From contig OY763327.1 of NCBI GenBank assembly GCA_963667295.1, positions 1,060,898 to 1,124,897 of the forward strand: DNA of 64,000 bases. The letters run 5' to 3'. The first letter of the stretch is position 1. Each line of letters opens with the position of its first letter. The notes beneath the pieces are model-generated. The model did not search any database. It was given only the letters and a program-made list of their open reading frames with translations, and was not told the DNA's origin. A program made the translations under genes and the position numbers. Shown in pieces: positions 1-9,342 of this stretch. Origin of the DNA: Phycisphaeraceae bacterium (GTDB taxonomy: Bacteria; Planctomycetota; Phycisphaerae; Phycisphaerales; Phycisphaeraceae).

Positions 1-206
1 TGCTCTTGCTTGCCATGGTACTTCCTATTCCTTTAGGACTAACTGGAGGCGGGGCGGGTATCCGTCACCCGCATGGACACCACGCGGGTATCACATGCTT
101 TGAATATAACCGATTGGCCTCGGTCTGTAATGCCTCTGAAACACGATTACGTCAAAAACTAACCAATCGTTCTGCGCATCGTAGCGCCCGGATTGGGGAA
201 TTCCAC

Positions 207-707
207 TTATCCGCTGTGCTTATCCAGAACCTTCAGCACATCGGTGGCGTGCCCGGCCACTTTCACCTTGTCCCAGCGATGCGCGACCTTGCCGTCCGGA
301 TCGATCAGATACGTCGTGCGGACGATGCCCATGTACTTCTTGGCAAACAGTTTTTTCTGCTGCCAGACACCATATTTGCTCGCGATCTTCTGCTCGGGAT
401 CGACCAGCAGGGGGAAGGGCAGTGCCCGTTTCCGGGCAAACTTCTGGTGGGCCGTCTCGTCATCCGGGCTGACGCCCAGTACGACCGCGCCTCGGCCGAT
501 GAGCTTTTCGTGATTGTCACGGAAGCCGCAAGCCTGGATCGTGCAGCCGGGCGTGTTGTCGCGCGGGTAGAAGTAGATCACGACCCACTGCCCCTTGTAG
601 CCTGAGAGTTTATGCGTCTTGCCATCCTGATCCTTCAGCGTAAATGCGGGTGCATTTTTCCCGACTTCCACCGGTCCATTATCTGAGGCACTGCTCTTAC
701 TTGGCAT
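207..707 (-). CDS. bcp: Thioredoxin-dependent thiol peroxidase (peroxiredoxin Bcp)
   Basis: 166 aa; 1-Cys/2-Cys Prx motifs (FYPRDNTPGCTIQACGFRD), AhpC/TSA fold; clean ORF on minus strand. Confidence 0.85.
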   Translation of the reverse strand: MPSKSSASDNGPVEVGKNAPAFTLKDQDGKTHKLSGYKGQWVVIYFYPRDNTPGCTIQACGFRDNHEKLIGRGAVVLGVSPDDETAHQKFARKRALPFPLLVDPEQKIASKYGVWQQKKLFAKKYMGIVRTTYLIDPDGKVAHRWDKVKVAGHATDVLKVLDKHSG

Positions 708-848
708 ACTTCCGTCCTTTTACCCCGCCCGGCTCCTTTTCATTCATCTTACCCACCAAGCAGCTCATAGTCCGCACAGAATGCTCGTCTTTCTCCTGTT
801 CTACTGCTCGCCTGCTCAACCATCAAACCTCTGTTATCCTTACCGGCC

Positions 849-1778
849 ATGACCCAACCCAGCGTAATCAGTATTGGCAAGTACGATGGCGTTCATAAGG
901 GCCATCAGGCGGTGTTCTCCACCGCACGGCAGATGGCGGACAGATGCGGCGCCCGCGTGGTCGCGCTGGCGTTCGATCCTCACCCCAATGTCATACTCGA
1001 CCCGGAAAATCAGCCGCCCAGGCTGTGCCGGACCGAGGAAAAGATCGCACGGCTGAAGCAGGTCGGCGTCGATGAGGTCGTCATCCTAAAGCCGACACCG
1101 CAACTGCTGGAACAAACGCCGCAGACATTTATTAACAGTGTGATCGAGCAATATCACCCGATCGCCTTTGTGCAGGGCAAGGACTTCCGCTTCGGCCACG
1201 ACCGCACCGGCGACATCCCCATGCTCCAAGACCTCGGCAAAGTCCATGGCTTTGAGGTCGTCACCCAGCCCAGCGTGGACGTCACGTTCTGCGATTTGTC
1301 CGTGGTCCACGTTCACAGTTCCGTCATCCGCTGGCTGGTCGGGCAGGGACGGATCGAAGATGCGCACCGATGTCTGGGGATTCCGTTCAGCCTCAGAAGC
1401 CCAGTCGTCAAGGGCGAGCAGCGCGGCCGAACGATCGGTTTCCCTACAGTAAACCTCGATCTTGATCCGTTATTCGACCATATGATCCCCGCCGATGGGG
1501 TGTATGCCGGGTATGTCACGATCGATGGATCGCAAGTAAAGCACCCCGCCGCGATCAGCGTCGGTACGAAGCCCAGTTTCGACACCTTCCAACTGACCGT
1601 TGAGGCCCACCTGCCCGGGTTTTCCCGGGAATTGTATGGCCAAACCATCACCATGGCTTTCACCCGATGGCTGCGAGACCAGATGCGTTTCCCGTCAGTG
1701 GATGCGTTGTGTGAGCAGTTGGCCCGGGATGTCGAACGTGTAAAGCAGAATCGCAGCCTGACGCCCGTTACTATTTAG
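849..1778 (+). CDS. ribF: Bifunctional riboflavin kinase / FMN adenylyltransferase
   Basis: 309 aa; N-terminal nucleotidyltransferase (GKYDGVHKGH) and C-terminal riboflavin kinase domain. Confidence 0.9.
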   Translation: MTQPSVISIGKYDGVHKGHQAVFSTARQMADRCGARVVALAFDPHPNVILDPENQPPRLCRTEEKIARLKQVGVDEVVILKPTPQLLEQTPQTFINSVIEQYHPIAFVQGKDFRFGHDRTGDIPMLQDLGKVHGFEVVTQPSVDVTFCDLSVVHVHSSVIRWLVGQGRIEDAHRCLGIPFSLRSPVVKGEQRGRTIGFPTVNLDLDPLFDHMIPADGVYAGYVTIDGSQVKHPAAISVGTKPSFDTFQLTVEAHLPGFSRELYGQTITMAFTRWLRDQMRFPSVDALCEQLARDVERVKQNRSLTPVTI

Positions 1779-1863
1779 CACCGGGTCGACGACCCGGTGG
1801 GCCCCACGTCGTCGACGTGGGGCTAAATGCACATAAGTACCGTTCTTACCCGATATCCGACGT

Positions 1864-2919
1864 ATGCCCGAACACCAAAGCAACACCACTCTCGCTGCCG
1901 TCACCGATCTGATCCGTAATACCGACGGGACGATCTTTGTCACCGCCCATGCCAAACCTGATGGGGACGCGTTCGGGTCGGTCGTTGCGTTGACGGTGGC
2001 GCTGCGGGCAATGGGTAAGCAGACGTTCGCCTGCTTCGGGCCGCCTTTGGCCGCGTCGCTGGAGGACCTGAAGGGCAATGATCTGGCGTGTGTGTTGGTA
2101 GATGAGTCGCAGGTGCCATCCTGTGCCCTCTACATCGTGCTGGACACCGGGGCATGGGCACAGGTAGAACACGCCAGGCAAACGCTCGAAGCGAACCTGG
2201 ATAAAACCCTGATCATCGACCACCACCTCAGCGGCGACATGGATGCGGCCACGAAGTACGTCGACGCCGAAGCGGCCGCCTGCGCGGAGATCGTTGCAGA
2301 ACTGCTCGATGAACTGGGGCAAACCAAGTGGAGCGACACGATCGCCCAAGCGCTTTTCGTCGGGATCGGCTCGGATACCGGCTGGTTCCGCTTCTCCAAC
2401 ACACGACCGTTCACCCATCGCCTTGCCGCACGTCTGCTGGAGATGGGCGTCGACAATCCAGACCTCTACGCACGTCTGCATCAGACAGAACGGCCTGAGA
2501 AGCTCGCCTTGATGACACGGGCCCTGGACAGCCTTCAACTGATCGCGGGCGGCAGGGCGGCTGTGATGCACCTGACGAGTAAAGACTTCGACGAGACCGG
2601 CGCCCTCCAGGAAGAAACCGAACGCCTGATCGACGTTCCGCAGCAGGTAGCCAGCATCCAGGTTGTGGCGCTGATCACCGAAAGCTCGATCGACGCCACA
2701 GACTCCTCTGAGGCCTCCGGAGCGCCCAGAAACTCTCAGCCGCTGGCCCGGATCAGTTTCCGAAGTAAGCCGGGCCCCAACGCGGTGAACGTGGCGGATC
2801 TGGCGGGCAAGTTCGGTGGTGGGGGCCATGCCCGGGCCGCCGGTGCCAAACTGCTGGCACCCATCCGGCAGGCTGTTGAACAGGTTAAATCCGAAATCAA
2901 CGCCGTGATGGGGGGTTGA
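1864..2919 (+). CDS. nrnA: DHH-family phosphoesterase (NrnA-like oligoribonuclease/pAp phosphatase)
   Basis: 351 aa; DHH motif (HAKPDGDAFGS, DHH), DHHA1 C-terminal GGGH motif (FGGGGHARAAGA). Confidence 0.8.
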   Translation: MPEHQSNTTLAAVTDLIRNTDGTIFVTAHAKPDGDAFGSVVALTVALRAMGKQTFACFGPPLAASLEDLKGNDLACVLVDESQVPSCALYIVLDTGAWAQVEHARQTLEANLDKTLIIDHHLSGDMDAATKYVDAEAAACAEIVAELLDELGQTKWSDTIAQALFVGIGSDTGWFRFSNTRPFTHRLAARLLEMGVDNPDLYARLHQTERPEKLALMTRALDSLQLIAGGRAAVMHLTSKDFDETGALQEETERLIDVPQQVASIQVVALITESSIDATDSSEASGAPRNSQPLARISFRSKPGPNAVNVADLAGKFGGGGHARAAGAKLLAPIRQAVEQVKSEINAVMGG

Positions 2920-3416
2920 TTTACATTCATTTCGTTTTTATCAACGGTGTATCAAACGTTTATAGCAATGTCCCAGCGGAATTCTCACCGTTTCGCGCGA
3001 TCTGTTTTGGTGGAAAACTTGTCATGAGCCTGTCGAAACCGGTCGCTTGCACCAAAGACCGCGCTTGTCGGTAAAAAATGTGAATTTGGTTAAGGCCAGT
3101 AGTTTTAGCTGCTTAAAGCGAACTGACAGGTTTTTGGCCCAATATTTGGTAAAGAAAACGGTTGCGAACCCAAGATATAGTGTAGTAGCATCATCATGGT
3201 TGATCGACGGGCGGTGGTGCCCTGACGTCGACCAACATCCTGGCTCATGTGCTTACGAGGCTTAAAGCCTGCCACGGGATTCGTTCAAACCTGTGCGGGT
3301 AGGTGTTCTGTCGCTCGAATGGATTCTGAGCTGAGCCGGGATGGGATGAAGGAAAGTTCTTCCGCCGAATCGGGGTGCGGGCCCCGGAGTAGTCGGCGGA
3401 TTAACCAAATCGGCTT

Positions 3417-4007
3417 GTGTGTGGGATAAACGACGTGAGTGTACTTTGTGATTCACAAATCAGGGAGTTGGTGCCTATCGAGCCCTTCGAGGAAAACGAT
3501 AAGCGCCCCGGAAAAGTGTCCTTCGGCGTATCGAGCTACGGCTACGACGTCCGCGTCGGCACACTCTTCAAGATCTTCACCAACGTCTCGAGCAACGGTG
3601 GCCAGGCCATCGTCGATCCCAAGCGGTTCGACGACACCAGCTTCGTCACCGTCGACACGCGCCTGACGGGCAAGGATTACGTGATCATCCCGCCCAATTC
3701 GTTTGCGCTGTGCGAGACCGTCGAGACGTTCAAGATCCCACGGGATGTGCTGGCGATCTGCGTCGGCAAGAGCACGTACGCCCGCTGCGGCATCATCGTC
3801 AACGTCACGCCCCTCGAACCGGAGTGGCGTGGCAAGGTCACCATCGAAATCAGCAACACCACCCCGCTGCCGGCCAAGATCTATGCCAACGAAGGCATCG
3901 CCCAGATGATTTTCTTACAGGCCGAACGCACCTGCGCCGTCAGTTACGCAGACAAGAACGGCAAATACCAGGACCAGTCAGGACTAGTCCTGCCAAGGGT
4001 GGATTAA
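3417..4007 (+). CDS. dcd: dCTP deaminase
   Basis: 196 aa; dUTPase-like fold motifs ([17 protein letters not shown]); true start may be the GTG at ~3435 ([13 protein letters not shown]). Confidence 0.85.
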   Translation: MCGINDVSVLCDSQIRELVPIEPFEENDKRPGKVSFGVSSYGYDVRVGTLFKIFTNVSSNGGQAIVDPKRFDDTSFVTVDTRLTGKDYVIIPPNSFALCETVETFKIPRDVLAICVGKSTYARCGIIVNVTPLEPEWRGKVTIEISNTTPLPAKIYANEGIAQMIFLQAERTCAVSYADKNGKYQDQSGLVLPRVD

Positions 4008-4195
4008 CAAAACCATTTGTATCGGGCTGAGACGTGTTTGGGAAAGCCGTCTTGCCCAATTGTCGGCTCAAAGTATTCATTCGCACCCCTGTTGTTATCG
4101 CGGCTCATTATTACACCGCAATTATTCATTCCGTTATTTCGCGTTGAAAAACGCACAATCGGCTACGGAAGGCCAGACAAGGAAGTTAAAGAAGC

Positions 4196-7100
4196 ATGAA
4201 GATCGAACGTCGTTACACCAAGAAAGGCACGGACGTATTCTCGACGGTTCAGTGGACCAAAAAGTCGAGCAGGATCGCAAACCTGGATGGTTCGGTCGTG
4301 TTCGAGATGAATGACGCTGAGGTGCCCGCCGGCTGGTCGCAGTTGGCGACGGACATCATGGTCAGCAAATACTTCAGGAAGGCAGGGGTGCCTCAAACCG
4401 GAGACGATGGGGCCGTCCTCAAGGATGGGGATGGCCGCGTCGTTACCGGCCCCGAGCGCTCGGCTAAGCAGGTGATCCACCGGCTGGCCGGATGCTGGCG
4501 GCATTGGGGCGAATCCCATGGTTATTTTGATACCGAAGAAGATGCTCAGGCGTTCTATGACGAGCTGAGTCACATGCTTCTTCACCAGATGGCGGCGCCG
4601 AACAGCCCGCAATGGTTCAACACCGGGCTGAATTGGGCGTACGGGATCAACGGTCCGGCACAGGGCCACTACTTCACCGATCCCACAACAGGCGTGACGC
4701 GGCCGTCGGAAGATGCCTACACGCACCCACAGCCGCACGCCTGTTTTATTCAATCGGTCCAGGACGACCTTGTCAGCCCCGGCGGGATCATGGACTTGTG
4801 GGTCCGCGAGGCGCGCCTGTTTAAGTACGGCTCGGGGACCGGAACTAACTTCTCCAAGCTCCGAGGAGAGTGCGAACCGCTATCTGGCGGGGGAAAGAGT
4901 TCCGGTCTCATGAGCTGGCTCAAGATCGGGGACCGTGCCGCCGGTGCCATCAAATCCGGCGGCACGACCCGCCGGGCCGCCAAGATGGTCTGCCTGGACC
5001 TGGATCACCCGGACGTCGAAGAGTTCGTCAGTTGGAAGGTGCGTGAAGAGATCAAGGTCGCCGCTCTGGTCGAAGGCATGAAGCATCTGCCCGATGAGCA
5101 GAAGGCCGCCGCGCAAGACCTGGGTCTGAAACTCGATTACGACTTCAACGGCGAAGCCTACTATACCGTCAGTGGGCAGAACTCGAACAACTCCGTCCGC
5201 ATCCCCAACAGCTTCTTCAACGCATTGGACGCCGATGGCCAGTGGGACCTGACCTGCCGAACCAGCGGCGACGTCGCCAAGAGCATCAACGCCCGCACGT
5301 TGTGGGACAAGATCGGCTACGCGGCGTGGCGCTGTGCAGACCCGGGCGTGCAGTACGACACAACCATCAACGAATGGCACACCTGCCCCGACTCCGGCCG
5401 GATCAACGCGTCCAATCCGTGCAGCGAATACATGTTCCTGGACAACACGGCCTGCAACCTCGCGTCGCTGAACATGCTCAAGTTCTACGACGCCCGCCGC
5501 AGGACGTTTGACTGGGCCGGCTACGAGCATGCCGTGAATATCTGGACCATCGTGCTGGAGATCAGCGTGCTGATGGCGCAGTTCCCCTCCCAGGAGATCG
5601 CGGAACTCAGCTACCAGTTCCGCACGCTGGGTCTTGGTTTTGCCAACCTCGGCGCGATGCTGATGCAGGCGGGTATCCCGTACGACTCAGACCGCGGCCG
5701 TGCTATCTGTGGCACGCTCAGCGCCATCATGACCGGTCGCAGCTACACGACCAGCGCCGAGATGGCCGAGCAGCTCGGCGCGTTCCCCGGCTTCCAGAAG
5801 AACCGCAAGCACATGCTCCGCGTCATCCGCAACCACCGCCGTGCTGCCTACGGCGTGCCGCGCGACCTGGAGCTGACAGACAACTCCGACCTCGGCGATT
5901 ATGAAGGCCTGGCCATCAAGCCCGTACCGATCAAGGCTGATGCCATCGACTCCGGCGAACCGCATATCGGCCACCTCGCCAACGGTACGGAACTGATCGA
6001 CCGCGCACGCATCGTCTGGGACAGCGCCCTGAAACTCGGGCAAGAGCACGGCTTCCGCAACGCCCAGACCACCGTCATCGCGCCCACCGGCACGATCGGC
6101 CTGCTCATGGATTGCGACACGACCGGTGTCGAGCCCGACTTCGCCCTGGTCAAGTTCAAGAAGCTTGCCGGCGGTGGGTACTTCAAGATCGCCAACCAGT
6201 CGCTCAAGCCCGCGCTCGAATCGCTCGGGTACGACAAGGACCAGGTCCGCGACATCATCGTGTACGTCATGGGTGCACTGACGCTCGACGTCCCGATGCC
6301 GAACGCGGAAGGGCACGTGACCAGTAAGAGCAAGAGCTTCGCCAAGTTCCTCAAGGCTAAAGGTCTGCTCGAAGAAGACCTGCAGAAGATCGTCGATGCA
6401 CTGCCGACCGTGTTCGAGTTGTCGCACGCATTCAACGCCTGGACACTCGGCGCTGAAGCCATCGAACGCCTAGACATGACCGAACAAGCTAACGAGCCCG
6501 GTTTCGACCTGCTCAAGGCGCTCGGCCTGAACAAGCAACAGGTCACCGTGCTTAACGAAGTCATTTGCGGCACGCAAACTGTTGAGGGCGCTCCGCACCT
6601 TAAGGACGAGCATCTGCCCGTCTTCGATTGTGCCAGCACCTGTGGCCCGAACGGGGAACGCTACATCGCCCCGCAAGGCCACATCAAGATGATGTCTGCC
6701 GCTCAGCCGTTCATCTCAGGCGCGATCAGCAAGACCATCAACATGCCCAACAGCGCCAGTGAGCAGGACATCAAGGACGCTTACCGCCAGAGTTGGGAAC
6801 TCGGCCTCAAGGCCAACGCCCTGTACCGCGACGGCTGCAAGCTCAGTCAGGTCCTCTCGAACAAGGCCGATGAAGATGACGGTGTCGAAGATGAAGAAGC
6901 TATCGAAGCCGCCAAAGAAGAAGTCGCCGAGGAAGTCACGGAAGTCGCCGAAGCCGTTACGGCTGAGCCTGCTTTAGCAGGCGGTTCCTCCCCCCAAGAT
7001 CGCAAACCCATCGAGAAAATCGTCGAGCGCATCGTCGAACGCCCCCTGCGTCGCCGCCTGCCCGACACACGTATGGGTAAGACCCACAAGTTCAACGTCG

Positions 7101-7729
7101 CGGGCCACGAGGGCTACCTCACCGTCGGCCTCTACGAAGACGGCACTCCGGGCGAGTTGTTCATCACCATGGCCAAGGAAGGTTCGACCATCGGTGGCCT
7201 GATGGACTCACTCGGTACCGCGATCAGCGTCGCCCTGCAATACGGCGTGCCGGTCGAATCGCTGGTCAATAAGTTCACACATCAGCGTTTCGAGCCCGCC
7301 GGTATCACGCACAATCCGGAAATCCCGTTTGCCAAGAGCCTGGTTGACTACATCTTCCGTTGGCTGGGTATGGAATTCGTCCCGGGTTACCGTGCCGCCA
7401 ACGCCCCGGCCCGCAGCAAACCGCAGACTGAAACCAAACAATCCGAACCGGCGCCGGCCGACTCCGGCAATGGTAATGGCAACGGTAGCCGCACCACCAA
7501 GCCGGTCGTGCAGACCAAGCCGGCGCCAATCGGTGCAACCGAGCCCATAGTCGTTGGCAACGCTGTTCTGGCCCAGAGCAGCATAGATATGCAACGATCG
7601 GCTCTTACCACCGCCATGAGTCAGATGCAGGCCGACGCCCCGGCGTGCGACGCCTGCGGCACCATCACCGTCCGCAACGGCACCTGCTACAAGTGCCTCA
7701 ACTGCGGCGCTTCGATGGGATGCAGTTAA
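4196..7729 (+). CDS. nrdJ: Adenosylcobalamin-dependent ribonucleoside-diphosphate/triphosphate reductase (class II RNR, NrdJ)
   Basis: 1177 aa; class II RNR core (NPCSEYMFLDNTACNLAS, thiyl-radical region), long acidic/low-complexity insertions, C-terminal CxxC...CxxC zinc finger. Confidence 0.9.
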   Translation: MKIERRYTKKGTDVFSTVQWTKKSSRIANLDGSVVFEMNDAEVPAGWSQLATDIMVSKYFRKAGVPQTGDDGAVLKDGDGRVVTGPERSAKQVIHRLAGCWRHWGESHGYFDTEEDAQAFYDELSHMLLHQMAAPNSPQWFNTGLNWAYGINGPAQGHYFTDPTTGVTRPSEDAYTHPQPHACFIQSVQDDLVSPGGIMDLWVREARLFKYGSGTGTNFSKLRGECEPLSGGGKSSGLMSWLKIGDRAAGAIKSGGTTRRAAKMVCLDLDHPDVEEFVSWKVREEIKVAALVEGMKHLPDEQKAAAQDLGLKLDYDFNGEAYYTVSGQNSNNSVRIPNSFFNALDADGQWDLTCRTSGDVAKSINARTLWDKIGYAAWRCADPGVQYDTTINEWHTCPDSGRINASNPCSEYMFLDNTACNLASLNMLKFYDARRRTFDWAGYEHAVNIWTIVLEISVLMAQFPSQEIAELSYQFRTLGLGFANLGAMLMQAGIPYDSDRGRAICGTLSAIMTGRSYTTSAEMAEQLGAFPGFQKNRKHMLRVIRNHRRAAYGVPRDLELTDNSDLGDYEGLAIKPVPIKADAIDSGEPHIGHLANGTELIDRARIVWDSALKLGQEHGFRNAQTTVIAPTGTIGLLMDCDTTGVEPDFALVKFKKLAGGGYFKIANQSLKPALESLGYDKDQVRDIIVYVMGALTLDVPMPNAEGHVTSKSKSFAKFLKAKGLLEEDLQKIVDALPTVFELSHAFNAWTLGAEAIERLDMTEQANEPGFDLLKALGLNKQQVTVLNEVICGTQTVEGAPHLKDEHLPVFDCASTCGPNGERYIAPQGHIKMMSAAQPFISGAISKTINMPNSASEQDIKDAYRQSWELGLKANALYRDGCKLSQVLSNKADEDDGVEDEEAIEAAKEEVAEEVTEVAEAVTAEPALAGGSSPQDRKPIEKIVERIVERPLRRRLPDTRMGKTHKFNVAGHEGYLTVGLYEDGTPGELFITMAKEGSTIGGLMDSLGTAISVALQYGVPVESLVNKFTHQRFEPAGITHNPEIPFAKSLVDYIFRWLGMEFVPGYRAANAPARSKPQTETKQSEPAPADSGNGNGNGSRTTKPVVQTKPAPIGATEPIVVGNAVLAQSSIDMQRSALTTAMSQMQADAPACDACGTITVRNGTCYKCLNCGASMGCS

Positions 7730-7756
7730 GTAGTGGCTAGTGACTGGAATTTTGAA

Positions 7757-7824
7757 AGCTAATGGCTAAAGGCTAAAGGCTAATGGCTCAACAAATTGAA
7801 CATTCAACATCGAACATTGAACAC
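7757..7824. repeat. Two adjacent heptamer tandem repeats downstream of nrdJ
   Basis: (AGCTAAT GGCTAAA GGCTAAA GGCTAAT GGCTCAA) at 7757-7791 and (TGAACAT TCAACAT CGAACAT TGAACAC) at 7795-7824; the latter recurs inverted at 20637-20667; AACCCTAATCCC at 7848-7859 also recurs at 20732-20743. Confidence 0.7.
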
Positions 7825-8320
7825 CAATAACACGGAGACCTGACGACAACCCTAATCCCAACACCGCCCGTACCAGGAAGGAAGGGGCCAAAGTGGTACG
7901 CCGAGCATCCATCTCAATGATGCAAGGCGAAACGGACTGAATTCGGCCATCGTAGGATGCGAACCCGCATTGCGGCATGGCCGACCACGACTCTTCCTTC
8001 TCCCTCCTCCCCCTCGAGCCCCCCACCACTCGAGGGGGATCTTTTTGCGCCCACATAGCCCGACCATCCTGGTCGGGTTGTCTTTTCGGTATTGGTGCTG
8101 ACATGTCCCAATGTGCTCGGAAGGCAAACGTGCCACCCAATCCCACGTTTCCACAGAAGTCTGCGCAAACATGCCCTCATTGGAATTGCTCTACGTTAAC
8201 CCAACGGCACACGATATTTATGCACTTATGCGGGCAGGTTAATCACCCGATAATACGATTACTCGCTAGAATGCACGCAATAGCTGTTGGTTTAATTGTT
8301 ACCGATCCGGTGGTGAGTTC

Positions 8321-9319
8321 ATGCCGAACGTCAGAGAGATCGCCAAGCAGGCCGGGGTTTCCATCGCGACTGTTTCGCGCGTGCTCAATAATCATCCATC
8401 CGTAAGCGACGCCGTCAGAGAGCGGGTCCTCGCTGCCGCCAACAGCAAGCGATACGTGCCCACGGTCGGCAAACGTGAGACGCTGAACATCGCCTACGTC
8501 TTTACCGGTGATACCTCCATCGGCTCGCCGTTCGACGCGGCCGTGCTCGAAGGTGTCTACGTCGGGCTGACCGACACCAACCTCAACCTCATCATCATCG
8601 ACCTGCGTCGCTCACGAAGAAGCGGTGAAACCTATTCCCAGATGTTCCAGCGTTTGGGGGTTCGTGGTGCGTTATTGCGAACAACCAGCGGTAGCCGAAA
8701 CATCTGCGAGAAGATCGCCGAACAAGGATTCCCCGCTGTCGTGATCGGCGACCGCTTCGAGAATCCCAACGTCATCAGTGTTTACTGCGAATCACGAGAG
8801 GCCAGTCGGGAGGCAGTCGGTCACCTGATCGGGCTGGGGCATCGGCGTATCGCTATCTGCGTCAACGTCGTGGAAGACTCCGACCACACCGAACGTCTGA
8901 TGGGCTACCAGCAAGCCATGCACGACTACGGCCTGGAAGTCGATGAGAAGCTCATTATGCGTATCCCCGCCTACGGCCCCGGCGGCGGGCAGGTCATACG
9001 TCGGCTTGCGACAACCATGGACAGACCCACCGCAATCTATATCACCGACCCCGTCACCGCGATCGGCGCGATGAATGAAACGAAAAAGCTGGGAATCAAC
9101 GTGCCGCAGGAGCTTTCGATTGTGGGATTTGATGATGCGGAGATGCGTTACATGGCCTGGCCGACCATGACCGCGGTCTGTCAGAACGCCTATGAACTTG
9201 GCCACGAAGCGTGCAAATCACTGTGCCGCCTGCTCGAAGGTGAGCAGGACCCGAATACCGCTAAACCAGCCGCCTGGTTTGAGGTTCACAATTCCACCGG
9301 GCACATCAACGATATGTAG
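8321..9319 (+). CDS. LacI-family transcriptional regulator
   Basis: 332 aa; N-terminal HTH (MPNVREIAKQAGVSIATVSRVLNN) plus periplasmic-binding-fold sugar-binding domain. Confidence 0.85.
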   Translation: MPNVREIAKQAGVSIATVSRVLNNHPSVSDAVRERVLAAANSKRYVPTVGKRETLNIAYVFTGDTSIGSPFDAAVLEGVYVGLTDTNLNLIIIDLRRSRRSGETYSQMFQRLGVRGALLRTTSGSRNICEKIAEQGFPAVVIGDRFENPNVISVYCESREASREAVGHLIGLGHRRIAICVNVVEDSDHTERLMGYQQAMHDYGLEVDEKLIMRIPAYGPGGGQVIRRLATTMDRPTAIYITDPVTAIGAMNETKKLGINVPQELSIVGFDDAEMRYMAWPTMTAVCQNAYELGHEACKSLCRLLEGEQDPNTAKPAAWFEVHNSTGHINDM

Positions 9320-9342
9320 CGAACACTCGCTAACATGTATCT

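Noticed and set aside
6-605. 199-aa plus-strand ORF
   Set aside because: Lies entirely antisense to the well-supported bcp peroxiredoxin gene; composition-driven open frame typical of high-GC DNA.
1846-2829. 327-aa minus-strand ORF
   Set aside because: Antisense to nrnA, which carries clear DHH/DHHA1 motifs; the Arg/Gly-rich translation is typical of a shadow ORF.
2920-3416. SRP RNA / RNase P RNA in the long spacer (GGAAAG and GAAGGAA-like strings)
   Set aside because: Neither the SRP domain IV consensus nor RNase P P4 (AGGAAAGUCCGGGCUCC...ACAGAACCCGGCUUA) is present; similarity is limited to a few nucleotides.
4880-6639. Several 200-250-aa minus-strand ORFs inside nrdJ
   Set aside because: Shadow ORFs opposite a strongly supported 1177-aa RNR gene.
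7757-7859. Short regularly spaced repeats considered as a CRISPR array
   Set aside because: Units are 7 nt with no spacers and no cas genes; simple tandem heptamers.
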